A stretch of DNA of 64,000 nt from a virus. The stretch spans positions 10,816 through 74,815 of IMG/VR virus record IMGVR_UViG_3300038299_000097. One strand, given 5' to 3'. Every line of letters begins with the position of its first letter. Position 1 is the first letter of the stretch. Below, piece after piece: positions 1 to 9,501 of this stretch. The notes under the pieces are model-generated. The model was given only the letters and a program-made list of their open reading frames with translations, did not search any database and was not told where the DNA came from. The translations under genes were made by a program, and so were the position numbers.

Positions 1-309
1 TTCAAATTTATAAGGAATTTCTGTCGTGAAAACGACATTAAAGTGGCTGAATATGCCAATTACCTCGTAAGAGGTAATGCCACATATTCATCCATTATGC
101 ACGTCAAACGGGGCGATGTATGCATTTACAGTTTATTTGCATTTCATGGCTTTAGAGACGTACTAAAATCCCTATATAAAGATAGGGATGTTTGGGACTT
201 TTACATAGGTGACACCACACCTCTGTTTTTAACACAGAGGTGGTTGAACTCGGTAAAATACCAGACACTCGCAACAAAAGCAAGAACACAAATACAATTA
301 ACAAAATAA
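1..309 (+). CDS. 5'-truncated hypothetical protein upstream of gp32
   Basis: Frame is open from base 1 (FKFIRNFCREND...) into ORF 43..309; no motif recognised. Confidence 0.6.
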   Translation, partial: FKFIRNFCRENDIKVAEYANYLVRGNATYSSIMHVKRGDVCIYSLFAFHGFRDVLKSLYKDRDVWDFYIGDTTPLFLTQRWLNSVKYQTLATKARTQIQLTK

Positions 310-313
310 TTAT

Positions 314-1303
314 ATGTCAGACGAAACACTAGACCTATTCGCATTAGCGGATACACAAACAGAGCAGTTAGAGGTAAATAATGCACAAACATCCACGACT
401 AAACGTGATCCACGCATTCTTAATCTTACAGTTAAAACTAACGAAGAGCGTACAATTTATTTCCGTATGTTCCCAGATTTTACTGACCGTGAGAAACCTT
501 CTTATTACCTTCCATACAAGATCTACTCGTTCAAATCTCCGATTACGAACAAGCGACAGTATGCAGGAGTTTCACCATCCGTTCATGGTGGGGAAGATTA
601 CTGGAGAAAGCGTCAAGGGGAACTCTTCGAGTCTGGTAACAAGGACGTAGCTAAACTCATGTACCCCACCGATAAGCGTTATGTCAACGTGTATGTCATT
701 AAAGATACACTCCATCCCGAAAATGATGGTGAGTTCAAAGTGATGAACTACGGTGCAAAGCCCGTAGATCCCAACAGAGCACGTTCGGGTTCACCTATGA
801 TGAAATGTCTTACAAATGTTCTGGAAGATGAGGATAACGACATTACTCGTCGAAATCTTTATTCTCTAGGGAAAGATGGTGTTACACTTAAGATGACCAT
901 GAAAGGACCAAACTCGGATGCGGGGTTTGTGGATATTGAGGTACATGCATTTGATATTGGTAAAAAGGTACAAGGCTTTGAAGCCCTACCAGCCAAACAA
1001 CAAATGACTGCTTATACTGAAATAGCCGCTAACCTTTTCGATCTACTGGATGAGGTGAAAACGGAAGAAGTACTTGAGGGTATTATTCAAAAGTATCTAC
1101 TTGGTTCTAACGGTGCCACTAATGAAACCTCTGCACCTCAACAAGCTGCCACAAATTATTTCAATGCTGATGAGGGAGGGGATGTCGATGACGACATCCC
1201 AGATCTACCATCAACTGGGAAAATCGATGCAGCCGCTGATGCCAAAACAGGTACACCTACTACTGGTAATGAGGATCTCGACGATCTTCTAAAAAGTATG
1301 TAG
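314..1303 (+). CDS. T4 gp32-like single-stranded DNA-binding protein
   Basis: FRMFP, YVNVYVIKDTLHPENDGEFKV motifs and an acidic C-terminal tail ending DLDDLLKSM. Confidence 0.85.
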   Translation: MSDETLDLFALADTQTEQLEVNNAQTSTTKRDPRILNLTVKTNEERTIYFRMFPDFTDREKPSYYLPYKIYSFKSPITNKRQYAGVSPSVHGGEDYWRKRQGELFESGNKDVAKLMYPTDKRYVNVYVIKDTLHPENDGEFKVMNYGAKPVDPNRARSGSPMMKCLTNVLEDEDNDITRRNLYSLGKDGVTLKMTMKGPNSDAGFVDIEVHAFDIGKKVQGFEALPAKQQMTAYTEIAANLFDLLDEVKTEEVLEGIIQKYLLGSNGATNETSAPQQAATNYFNADEGGDVDDDIPDLPSTGKIDAAADAKTGTPTTGNEDLDDLLKSM

Positions 1304-1319
1304 ATCTAAAAGGTTTTTT

Positions 1320-1352
1320 TAAAACGCACGGTTGACACCGTGCGTTTTTTTT
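1320..1352 (+). terminator. Intrinsic terminator overlapping the -35 box of the next promoter
   Basis: aaaacgcacggt-tgac-accgtgcgtttt plus T-run; TTGACA at 1332, TAATTA 16 nt later, ATG at 1365. Confidence 0.75.
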
Positions 1353-1364
1353 GTAATTACCCAT

Positions 1365-1925
1365 ATGACTGATGAACAAAAGGAGTTACAGAATATAGCT
1401 CAACAATCTATGACACCTACCCCACAGGAAACACCACCTGTCGATATGGAGGCTTTTAATCTATTGGCGGGTGCTACCAATATGGAGACTCAAAATATTA
1501 ACCAGTCACACTCCGAGGGTAATAGGGAATCTATGATCACACCTATACAGAGTTCTAATGGAATTGGTGGTTATAACCCCCAGAACCCTCTAGAAGATCC
1601 AGCAGTTATGGAAGCAGTTATGAGACAGGAGATGGATAAGGCACAGAGAGAGGTCGGTTCTAATATCCAACCTAATATCCAACCTAATATTCAACAAGGG
1701 TTCAATAACCAACCAATGTATCAACAGCCACCTATGATGCCACAACAGCCTGTATATCAACAACAACAGCCACAACCACCTGTACAATATGGTGAAGGGG
1801 TGGTATTTCCACCAAATTTACAGAACATTATACTTTCGAAGATTGTTGCAATTGAAAAAACCTATGCTAAGATTGTAGAACAACAGAAAGATATTCTGAA
1901 ACAATTGAAAAGTAATGGAAGTTAA
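1365..1925 (+). CDS. Hypothetical Q/P-rich protein with C-terminal coiled coil
   Basis: ORF track; start moved to ATG 1365 (TAATTA-N5-ATG); NIQP x3 repeat. Confidence 0.7.
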   Translation: MTDEQKELQNIAQQSMTPTPQETPPVDMEAFNLLAGATNMETQNINQSHSEGNRESMITPIQSSNGIGGYNPQNPLEDPAVMEAVMRQEMDKAQREVGSNIQPNIQPNIQQGFNNQPMYQQPPMMPQQPVYQQQQPQPPVQYGEGVVFPPNLQNIILSKIVAIEKTYAKIVEQQKDILKQLKSNGS

Positions 1926-2667
1926 AAAGACATTCACCGTAAATAAAGAAGAGTTCCAGAAGAACTTTCTAGAGCCGATAAATAAATTCAAAGCAGGTTC
2001 AGAGTTCCTACCGCTATATTATCTTGATGGTAAGATAGTGGTATTTTGTGCCCATAGAGCTAAGGAGAGTAAAGCAACAATAGGTCTATATATAGAGTTT
2101 GAACCAGAGTCCTGCAACCTTGAAGAGGGTGATGTTTTTTATGTGAGAGACCCCGCCAAAATTCAGAAGACTATGGCTCTATTGGATGGTGACCGATTAG
2201 TCATCCGAGTGACAAAGAGTCAGATCATTGCAGATGGGGATACAAGATCTACTAAATATCGTTTATATGATTCAATACTAGCATCCAAAGATAAATCATT
2301 CTGGAAACCTACCAGATTCGCCACAATCCGTAGTATAATGGGTGATGGTGTAAAGCTGGATAAGAGTACTATTGAGACTATTCAGAAGGCTAGTGCGTCC
2401 ATTACTGACGATTTAGCACACATTGAGTATGATGAAGACACCGACGAGAATTACATCATCATTGGTGATCAAGATCGTGATTGCTTCAAACTCCAAATCC
2501 CTCATTATGAAGGATTCTCTAAATTCTCTAAATTCTCTAAATTCCTTTTTAATGTCATCGGGCGTAATGATGTAAACTTTTCAGAGACAACCAACCACAA
2601 GATGATGACATTAACAGATAAATCTGAACTCACCACAAAATACTGCTTCGTAGCAAAGTTTGATTAA
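1915..2667 (+). CDS. Probable sliding clamp (gp45-like)
   Basis: 250 aa alpha/beta protein of clamp size next to gp32; no decisive motif. Confidence 0.45.
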   Translation: MEVKKTFTVNKEEFQKNFLEPINKFKAGSEFLPLYYLDGKIVVFCAHRAKESKATIGLYIEFEPESCNLEEGDVFYVRDPAKIQKTMALLDGDRLVIRVTKSQIIADGDTRSTKYRLYDSILASKDKSFWKPTRFATIRSIMGDGVKLDKSTIETIQKASASITDDLAHIEYDEDTDENYIIIGDQDRDCFKLQIPHYEGFSKFSKFSKFLFNVIGRNDVNFSETTNHKMMTLTDKSELTTKYCFVAKFD

Positions 2668-3158
2668 TGGCTAAAATTACAACCAACATAACAAAGGCTT
2701 CATATATGCTTAAGAGGCTTAGAGATTGTGGATATAAGGCTGATAAGATTATCGGTGCTACAGACCCCGTGTCCCTAGATAAGGATCTGGGTAGGTTTAT
2801 ACATAAATTATTCCCAGACGGTAAGAACTTTGGAAATGTTGAAATTTGTGAGACCTTTAAGACGTTCAAAACCGAGTTTATAAGGTTCACAAACACCTGT
2901 CCTAACTACACAGATAGAGATTCCAGAGTGTGGACTATTCTCATAGACGGAGGTCGTGACAACGTGTTCTTGACGTTCTATAGGAATTATAAGGATGTTG
3001 AGGAAGAGTTCGAGCAAATGGGTAATGACTACTTTGAAATATATGACGGAGGTCAATATGTTAAACCGCTACGCAAACGGTTGAGTACTCAGAGTATGGA
3101 GGTTATCATACAAGAGCTTAATGATATGGGCATAACTAAGAAGTTTAGTGATAAATAA
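2667..3158 (+). CDS. Hypothetical protein
   Basis: Coupled by TAATG stop/start overlap. Confidence 0.7.
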   Translation: MAKITTNITKASYMLKRLRDCGYKADKIIGATDPVSLDKDLGRFIHKLFPDGKNFGNVEICETFKTFKTEFIRFTNTCPNYTDRDSRVWTILIDGGRDNVFLTFYRNYKDVEEEFEQMGNDYFEIYDGGQYVKPLRKRLSTQSMEVIIQELNDMGITKKFSDK

Positions 3159-3159
3159 T

Positions 3160-3567
3160 ATGGGTCAAAAAAATGAACCAGATGGTGGTATTGAGAAAAA
3201 TATATTGGATAGCCTAAATCTGAATGATGAACAACGTGAGGGTGCAACTAAGTTTATGGTTGCAATGAGTGGTTTATGGGATATCGATAAAATCGAAGTA
3301 ACTGATGAAGACGACCATATACCAACCAATACAACCAAACCTTTGGACGAACCCCAGATGAATTCTTTAATGAATGTAATGGATGAATTCCTTAACTCTT
3401 ATATATTGGTGGGCTATGACTTGGGTGGTAATAGGGTAAATAGTTTTTCGTTCCCGTCTGAGATGTCAGCCGATGCAGGGCTGACAAATTTAATAGCATC
3501 TGTGAAAACATGTGAGTCTATGGTAAGAGAGGGCATTTTATCTAATAAAGGAAACGATTATGAGTGA
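3160..3567 (+). CDS. Hypothetical protein
   Basis: ORF 3148..3567; ATG at 3160 follows the previous stop. Confidence 0.65.
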   Translation: MGQKNEPDGGIEKNILDSLNLNDEQREGATKFMVAMSGLWDIDKIEVTDEDDHIPTNTTKPLDEPQMNSLMNVMDEFLNSYILVGYDLGGNRVNSFSFPSEMSADAGLTNLIASVKTCESMVREGILSNKGNDYE

Positions 3568-3754
3568 TACCGATAAAAAAATATTCGCAATAAAGGAGAC
3601 AGAGTTAAAAGACATTCTACAAATTCTATCGGGTCTCCCTTATAAAGATGTACATTTACCGATGCTCATCCTAGAGCAACTACCTGTTATATCAGAGGGG
3701 TGTAATTTAACACCACATGGTGAATCTATGGAATTAATTATGGAATCGCCCTAA
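3560..3754 (+). CDS. Small hypothetical protein
   Basis: Overlaps the preceding stop; operon-like packing. Confidence 0.55.
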   Translation: MSDTDKKIFAIKETELKDILQILSGLPYKDVHLPMLILEQLPVISEGCNLTPHGESMELIMESP

Positions 3755-3763
3755 TTAATAGGG

Positions 3764-4381
3764 ATGTCTACAGAACTACCAGATTGCGACGAACCCGAAA
3801 ACAATATAACAGATAATACATATGGTGAAACACCAGATGTGAGTGGTCTTAATAGACTAGTAGATGACAATTTCTTAACAATTCTTAACCTCCCTAAATG
3901 TTTGGGTGGTTATGTTAAGGAAGTGTGCGGTGTAGCGGAAGAGGTTTCATTAAAGAATTTACAACTATCGGTAATGAACTTTACTATACCTCCTATTAAT
4001 ATACCCACTCACAACACCAAATTTTTATCAGCTACTCGTAAAGAGAGTAGCAAGAGCCTGTCAGAGTATGAAGATATAACTATAAACTTCAAACTTGATG
4101 ATCAGCTCATCAATTATAACACATTGTATAAGTGGTTGAATATGTTGGTTGATACTAAGACTGGTACTATGTCTAGTAAGACTAAAATTGATTATGAGAC
4201 TACTTATGATGTAGTAATACTTGACGAATATAGAAAACCCGCAGGTCTATATAAGTTCCATGGTGTTATACCAGTAGGTATCGGATCTATACCACTAGAT
4301 TATAAATCCACAGGAGAATCCATATTTTTAGACTTTACTTTCGCTTTTGACTTCCTTTCTTTCGAACTAGCCCCTAAATAA
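3764..4381 (+). CDS. T4 gp3-like tail completion / tail-tube-fold protein
   Basis: NFTIPPINIP, YEDITINFKLDDQLINYNTLYKWL, FTFAFD motifs; TAATTA motif upstream. Confidence 0.7.
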   Translation: MSTELPDCDEPENNITDNTYGETPDVSGLNRLVDDNFLTILNLPKCLGGYVKEVCGVAEEVSLKNLQLSVMNFTIPPINIPTHNTKFLSATRKESSKSLSEYEDITINFKLDDQLINYNTLYKWLNMLVDTKTGTMSSKTKIDYETTYDVVILDEYRKPAGLYKFHGVIPVGIGSIPLDYKSTGESIFLDFTFAFDFLSFELAPK

Positions 4382-4387
4382 ACTTAT

Positions 4388-4549
4388 ATGAACGATACAG
4401 AAATTAAGAAAGAAATCAGAAACTTCCTAAACCTTTCGACACAGGATGATCACGAGGCAACTGATAAGAGCCTTGAGGTTATAATTAAAGCAAAGATTGA
4501 TAATCGTTACAACGATGCATATGCTGATGTTGTGTCAGAGACTGAATAG
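4388..4549 (+). CDS. Small 53-aa protein (MNDTEIKKEIRNFL...), not in ORF track
   Basis: Read directly; fills the gap between gp3 and the convergent gene. Confidence 0.55.
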   Translation: MNDTEIKKEIRNFLNLSTQDDHEATDKSLEVIIKAKIDNRYNDAYADVVSETE

Positions 4550-4551
4550 TC

Positions 4552-5091
4552 TTAAAATAATACACCCTCTATAGTTTCCACAATTTCCATATAGTTGTCC
4601 TCGTTGGCTTCTATAGGTAATTCGCGTAGAGTTATATCCATAGCAAATGGATTTACGTTAATAGCCCTTATTATAAGCCTTAACATATCCATCTCCTCGA
4701 TCTCGGTTAAACCTTCGATATCACCACCAAACTCTTCTAGTGTTTCATCAGATTCTTTAAAGATTCTCTCGGGGTGGTCTGATAACACGTTCCTAACAGT
4801 TATTAATTTTTCCACCGCACTTAAATTATGAAATCTAGGCATCTTGATATATGCCCTAAACTCGTCACTAGGTTTGAACCTTAATGAGTTTAGTAATACA
4901 TTGGTCAAGTCTATAAGTTTGCTATCATCAGTGTCTACACCCTCCTCACCACTAAGAGCCGTATCTTGATCGGGTGTTAATAAATCGACACCCTCATCAC
5001 CTATAGGTGTTTCATCACCCGACAACCCATCTTCGGCTTCTAGTATAACTACGTTATCATATATTTCGGTGTAATATTCTTTAAATGTCAT
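4552..5091 (-). CDS. Acidic hypothetical protein, possible internal head protein
   Basis: MTFKEYY...ILEA N-terminus; internal two-fold repeat. Confidence 0.65.
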   Translation of the reverse strand: MTFKEYYTEIYDNVVILEAEDGLSGDETPIGDEGVDLLTPDQDTALSGEEGVDTDDSKLIDLTNVLLNSLRFKPSDEFRAYIKMPRFHNLSAVEKLITVRNVLSDHPERIFKESDETLEEFGGDIEGLTEIEEMDMLRLIIRAINVNPFAMDITLRELPIEANEDNYMEIVETIEGVLF

Positions 5092-5444
5092 TATAGTAAA
5101 TTACTGAGTTCATCGCTACCGTCAACCCCTTTGAGGAAATTTTTGAAATTTTGGTCTATATCATTTCGGAGTTTGATTGTTAAATCGCCCCTATTATCAC
5201 GGCTTTTAAGGGTGTTATAAACCTCTTTGATATTAAGTAGGTATGTATCATGGGTATCAACACCACGATTGTTAAGATCTGATATAACTGCCTCTACAGC
5301 CGCTATACGAGCTTCATATGGGGCATTATGTGTGCTATACCCTACTACATCAGCAAGGTCTGCCCTAGATATCTTCTCGGTTGTAAGCTCTTCTCCGAAA
5401 TACTCCCTAGAGAAAAGACCACAAGTTGTCCTAAAATCGTTCAT
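5091..5444 (-). CDS. Hypothetical protein
   Basis: Start moved to ATG 5444 (TAATTA-N5-ATG), which removes the overlap with GroES. Confidence 0.6.
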   Translation of the reverse strand: MNDFRTTCGLFSREYFGEELTTEKISRADLADVVGYSTHNAPYEARIAAVEAVISDLNNRGVDTHDTYLLNIKEVYNTLKSRDNRGDLTIKLRNDIDQNFKNFLKGVDGSDELSNLL

Positions 5445-5493
5445 ATTAGTAATTATACTATTGACACCATAATTTTGTAAAATAAATATTAAT

Positions 5494-5928
5494 ATGTCTG
5501 AAGATACATATACGAACCTAGAGGTTTCTACCCTAGAACAATGCCATTCAAATGAGTTAAAAACCACCGTGGGTGATTCGGTTGCTGATGATATCAATTA
5601 CCAAATACCTACAGACGACTTCGATATTGTTGAAGTGTTTGATGATATACTCTTGGGTGAATTCCATATTGAAGGATTGAATGACGAAGGGGAACGAATT
5701 TCTGAAGGGGGTATTCATCTCACAGATGATGCAAATGACGACGATAGCAACGCCCTTTATAGAGTATTAAAAGTTCAGATGGTTGGCGATAATGTAAAAT
5801 TTACAAAGGTTGGTCAATATGTTGTTGTATCAAAGACTGCTGGTATGAAAGTTATAGATTTCAATGGTAGAGAGTGTGCAATGGTGAGGGAACCCAACGT
5901 GTTTATGCGTGTTGAGCCAAAAAAATAG
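5494..5928 (+). CDS. groES: GroES-like co-chaperonin
   Basis: SEGGIHL mobile loop, VGDNVKFTKVGQYVVV and VRE..V motifs. Confidence 0.75.
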   Translation: MSEDTYTNLEVSTLEQCHSNELKTTVGDSVADDINYQIPTDDFDIVEVFDDILLGEFHIEGLNDEGERISEGGIHLTDDANDDDSNALYRVLKVQMVGDNVKFTKVGQYVVVSKTAGMKVIDFNGRECAMVREPNVFMRVEPKK

Positions 5929-5991
5929 TAGTAGATACTTGATATACCAAATATGGTATGATATAATATTAATATATACATAAAATAGCAC

Positions 5992-6729
5992 ATGATTATA
6001 GGAGTTACAGGAGCAACAAAGGTTGGTAAATCAACATTTATCACAGACTTTAAAAATAAATTCGGTAAATATATTTCACCGAAAGGTTCTTATAGGGATA
6101 TTCCCGATCTGGATCTATATGAGAATGGAACTGAAGAGTCTCAACGACTTATAAGGGATTTCATGTTTAGACAAATTAAACAAATATGGAGTAAGAGGGA
6201 CACAGTTAAACATGTTATCATGGACAGAACTCTATTAGATAACTTAGCATATACCCTTGTCCTATATGCCAAAGGTGTGATATCCGATGAGTTTTTAGTT
6301 GAGAGTTTTGGGATCACTAAGAAATCCATGGCTATGATGCACTTGGTGGACTTCATTCCAGTTACCGAACTTGATGAAATTCCAGTACCAGAAGATATAG
6401 ATGAGGATTTCAGAATGTCTGTTGATACAATTCTTAAAACATTTTTTAATGCTTATGAGAATAGGGATGATTTAGCAGCCGATCTTCTCCCAGAAACAAA
6501 GTGTGCTGCAATTGATAAGATTTTCGGTACCCGAGAAGAGCGCGTAGCTATTGCTAGTGAGATTCTTGATGAGGATGGTAATGTACAGGGCGGCTTTGAT
6601 ACAGATACCACACCAGAGTTATACGACCAAGACGGGCTTGGTGTATCAACCGAGAGAATTGCTAGTGAATTATCACTAGAGAACTTCGGGTTTACCGAAG
6701 AGGAAATACAAATTGAGAGATCCAAATAA
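5992..6729 (+). CDS. P-loop nucleotide kinase-like ATPase
   Basis: N-terminal GATKVGKST Walker A; IMDRTLLDNLAY motif. Confidence 0.75.
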   Translation: MIIGVTGATKVGKSTFITDFKNKFGKYISPKGSYRDIPDLDLYENGTEESQRLIRDFMFRQIKQIWSKRDTVKHVIMDRTLLDNLAYTLVLYAKGVISDEFLVESFGITKKSMAMMHLVDFIPVTELDEIPVPEDIDEDFRMSVDTILKTFFNAYENRDDLAADLLPETKCAAIDKIFGTREERVAIASEILDEDGNVQGGFDTDTTPELYDQDGLGVSTERIASELSLENFGFTEEEIQIERSK

Positions 6730-7301
6730 TGAATAAATTAGCCAAACAACTTGAAGGGCTTGAAGGGTTCACGGAGATTGAACTCCGTGGTTATAAATCA
6801 ACAAGCGGTGATGTAACAAATGTAATACTTGATGTAGATACGACATATGGACAGGCTAAGGCTATTGACCATGAGACTCTATTAGAGTATAAGGACATCG
6901 ATGTGGTAAAGAATCTACAAGACGTATCAGAGGGTAATAAGGTCTCTTATGATGATCTATGGGTGAAGGCATACGATGCACTGGCTAAGGGGTTTCTCCC
7001 TAAGCCAGTGCCCGTAAGTGTACCCACTAAAGTTGTAGTACCACCAAAACGCCTTTGTAAGGGTATTGGGTTTGATGAAATTAACGAAAAATGTTATATC
7101 AAAGGGTTTATCAAAGATAGGACAATTGTTAGTACCGATGACACCAAGGTTAAAAAGGTTAAAAAGACACAGGTGTTAACACATTTTAAAGATCATATGC
7201 GTGATAAGTTTATAACTTCCACATTTGCCACATATTCACCAGCTCTTGGTAGTGTATCAATTGAGGGTAAAACATTGATTATCGACTGTAATGAAGACTG
7301 A
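6729..7301 (+). CDS. Hypothetical protein
   Basis: Coupled ORF. Confidence 0.65.
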   Translation: MNKLAKQLEGLEGFTEIELRGYKSTSGDVTNVILDVDTTYGQAKAIDHETLLEYKDIDVVKNLQDVSEGNKVSYDDLWVKAYDALAKGFLPKPVPVSVPTKVVVPPKRLCKGIGFDEINEKCYIKGFIKDRTIVSTDDTKVKKVKKTQVLTHFKDHMRDKFITSTFATYSPALGSVSIEGKTLIIDCNED

Positions 7302-7548
7302 TTATAAAAGAGTCCAAGAACTCGCCAAAATTTTTGAAGATTATTGGATTCCATTCGACATTGTACCACTTGATGTAGGTGGAACTAATATGGTTGTTAA
7401 TAAACTAACAGACCATAAATCAGGGTCTGTATATATCGAAAGGTTTGACCCAAGTGTTAATTCATTTACAGTGTATAAATTTGATAAATTCAATGTACCT
7501 AAAGAGTGGCAAATTGAAGAAGATTCTGACGTTACAGTAACCGTCTAA
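7291..7548 (+). CDS. Hypothetical protein
   Basis: Coupled ORF. Confidence 0.55.
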   Translation: MKTDYKRVQELAKIFEDYWIPFDIVPLDVGGTNMVVNKLTDHKSGSVYIERFDPSVNSFTVYKFDKFNVPKEWQIEEDSDVTVTV

Positions 7549-7733
7549 CCACACGATTTACATTTAGAGCGTTTAGATCGTGGTCTGTTAGATTTTGGGG
7601 TGGTACCACGCCTAATACTCAATATTTGTGAGCGACTCTTGCAATATTTATCACAATAGTTATCCACACCTCTTCGAGTTTCGGGCACTTCTAAGGACTT
7701 ACCACATTCTTTACATACAACGGTGATATTCAT
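7545..7733 (-). CDS. Small basic zinc-finger-like protein
   Basis: CKEC, CDKYC and CKSC motifs; TAATTA-N5-ATG. Confidence 0.6.
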   Translation of the reverse strand: MNITVVCKECGKSLEVPETRRGVDNYCDKYCKSRSQILSIRRGTTPKSNRPRSKRSKCKSCG

Positions 7734-7778
7734 AAACTTAATTATAGACTTATACCATATAGTTTATTAATTAAGTTT

Positions 7779-8561
7779 ATGTCTGACATTAATTCTATTA
7801 TAGCAGGTCTTAGTAAACTCAATGATGAGAATACTATCACTTTCAATTTACCCCTTTCAAAAATCGAGGTGACTCTTAAACCATTTCAATCTAAACACGG
7901 TAGTATGGTAAACAGTTCACTAGTTGCGGGTGCCGATGGTACCTATGGTCTTAAATTCATGCCCCTTATCAAGGATATTTTTGATGATATTCTAACATTA
8001 GATGAAGGTAAAACTTATCATAATTTACCATTGGTTGATGTTCATTATATAATCCTAAAAATCAGGGAGACCTTCAACGATGAGGTTATTATTAATTACG
8101 GAACTGATGAACAGACCTCTGTTAATATTAAACATATCATTAGAGGTTTCAATGATCTTAAGATCGATGATAAACCGATAGTGGTAGGTGATGAAATTTG
8201 TTCAGTGGAGGTAGTACAACCATCATTTACAAAAACTTTAAAGTTTGACAATATTCTCATCGCATCGCACGAGAGGTTTTCAGAAAAAGAAAGTGAACAA
8301 CTTGTTAAAGATGCTCTAGCATTTACAATGCTCAAATTTATAAAAAGTATTAAACTGGTTATTGATAACGAAGAACAAAGTGTTACATTATCAGACTATA
8401 ACCCAATGGAGCAGAAGAAGCTGCTTAATATGATACCAAACACTCTTTATAAGGATATCATGAACGCTGTAAAGGGTATAACTGACCCTATGGAGGATCT
8501 GTTACGAATTGATGAGGAAACTGTAGTAGTTATAGATCAGAGTATCTTAGTAGACGTTTAA
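7779..8561 (+). CDS. Baseplate hub assembly protein (gp26-like)
   Basis: LPLSKIEVTLKPF and LPLVDVHYIILKIR motifs; TAATTA motif. Confidence 0.6.
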   Translation: MSDINSIIAGLSKLNDENTITFNLPLSKIEVTLKPFQSKHGSMVNSSLVAGADGTYGLKFMPLIKDIFDDILTLDEGKTYHNLPLVDVHYIILKIRETFNDEVIINYGTDEQTSVNIKHIIRGFNDLKIDDKPIVVGDEICSVEVVQPSFTKTLKFDNILIASHERFSEKESEQLVKDALAFTMLKFIKSIKLVIDNEEQSVTLSDYNPMEQKKLLNMIPNTLYKDIMNAVKGITDPMEDLLRIDEETVVVIDQSILVDV

Positions 8562-9496
8562 ACATACTTACCGTTGAGTTTGTTGGGTGATTGGTCAATG
8601 ATTTGGTCACCCGACACACCATTAAACGAAAATATGGTCTCGTCGGATGCTGCAATAGACGCCCTAAGCTCCTCTATTTGTTCGTTACTGGGTCTGGTAT
8701 ATGTATAAGTTGTACCACTAAGCAAAACCATCTCACTAGGCGAAGTATCAGTAGTAGACCCATCCGTGTGTATGTGTCTATCTACCCACACACCTTCACA
8801 AGCATCACCACTCAACCATGTATACATAGGTTGTGAGGAATTTTCTGGATACCACTTAATACTATCAGTAAATGAGGGACAGTCACCTCCTAGGGCACCA
8901 AAGCAGTTGAAGTTTGGTATATTGTCACCAGATAAACCTTCCGAAAAATCGGGTATATTAAAATCAAATTCGGTTTGTGTTTTATCAAAATATTGAATTT
9001 CTGTATTTGTCCTAAATAACAATTCGGGTTTGAGGTTATCAACACCACCAGACCCAAAATTAAATTGTGTATATATCCTATAACATGGGGCGCATGTAGT
9101 TTGGTGTGTATCTGAAAAGTTATTTTTAAGTGGTAATACATTAGTTGATGCCACACATACACCGCTAATATTAGTATATGAATCCAGTGGTAGGGTTATC
9201 CAGTGGTTGCAACAAGATTCTTTAACATTGTCACAATCTATTCCGATATCTTTGTTAAACACCGCCAACTTGGAAGCAGACAGTCCTATAGACATATTAC
9301 TCCTAACATCGGTTAGGAAGTTTACACTATCGAATGCTATAGCTATATCCTCAACAGCAGATAATTCATCTTGAAATTGGAAAACCCCCTCATTAATATC
9401 CGTGGTAAAATCCCCATAAAACCCCCTATTCTCGTTTAAGTAAGTAAGTTTTATGGGATGTACGTTATACAATGATGGATGTAAATTAGGGAACAT
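8558..9496 (-). CDS. Cys-rich putative virion protein
   Basis: TAATTA motif; C-terminal IDQSPNKLNG resembles a LamG-type start motif. Confidence 0.55.
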   Translation of the reverse strand: MFPNLHPSLYNVHPIKLTYLNENRGFYGDFTTDINEGVFQFQDELSAVEDIAIAFDSVNFLTDVRSNMSIGLSASKLAVFNKDIGIDCDNVKESCCNHWITLPLDSYTNISGVCVASTNVLPLKNNFSDTHQTTCAPCYRIYTQFNFGSGGVDNLKPELLFRTNTEIQYFDKTQTEFDFNIPDFSEGLSGDNIPNFNCFGALGGDCPSFTDSIKWYPENSSQPMYTWLSGDACEGVWVDRHIHTDGSTTDTSPSEMVLLSGTTYTYTRPSNEQIEELRASIAASDETIFSFNGVSGDQIIDQSPNKLNGKYV

Positions 9497-9501
9497 TAAT
9501 A

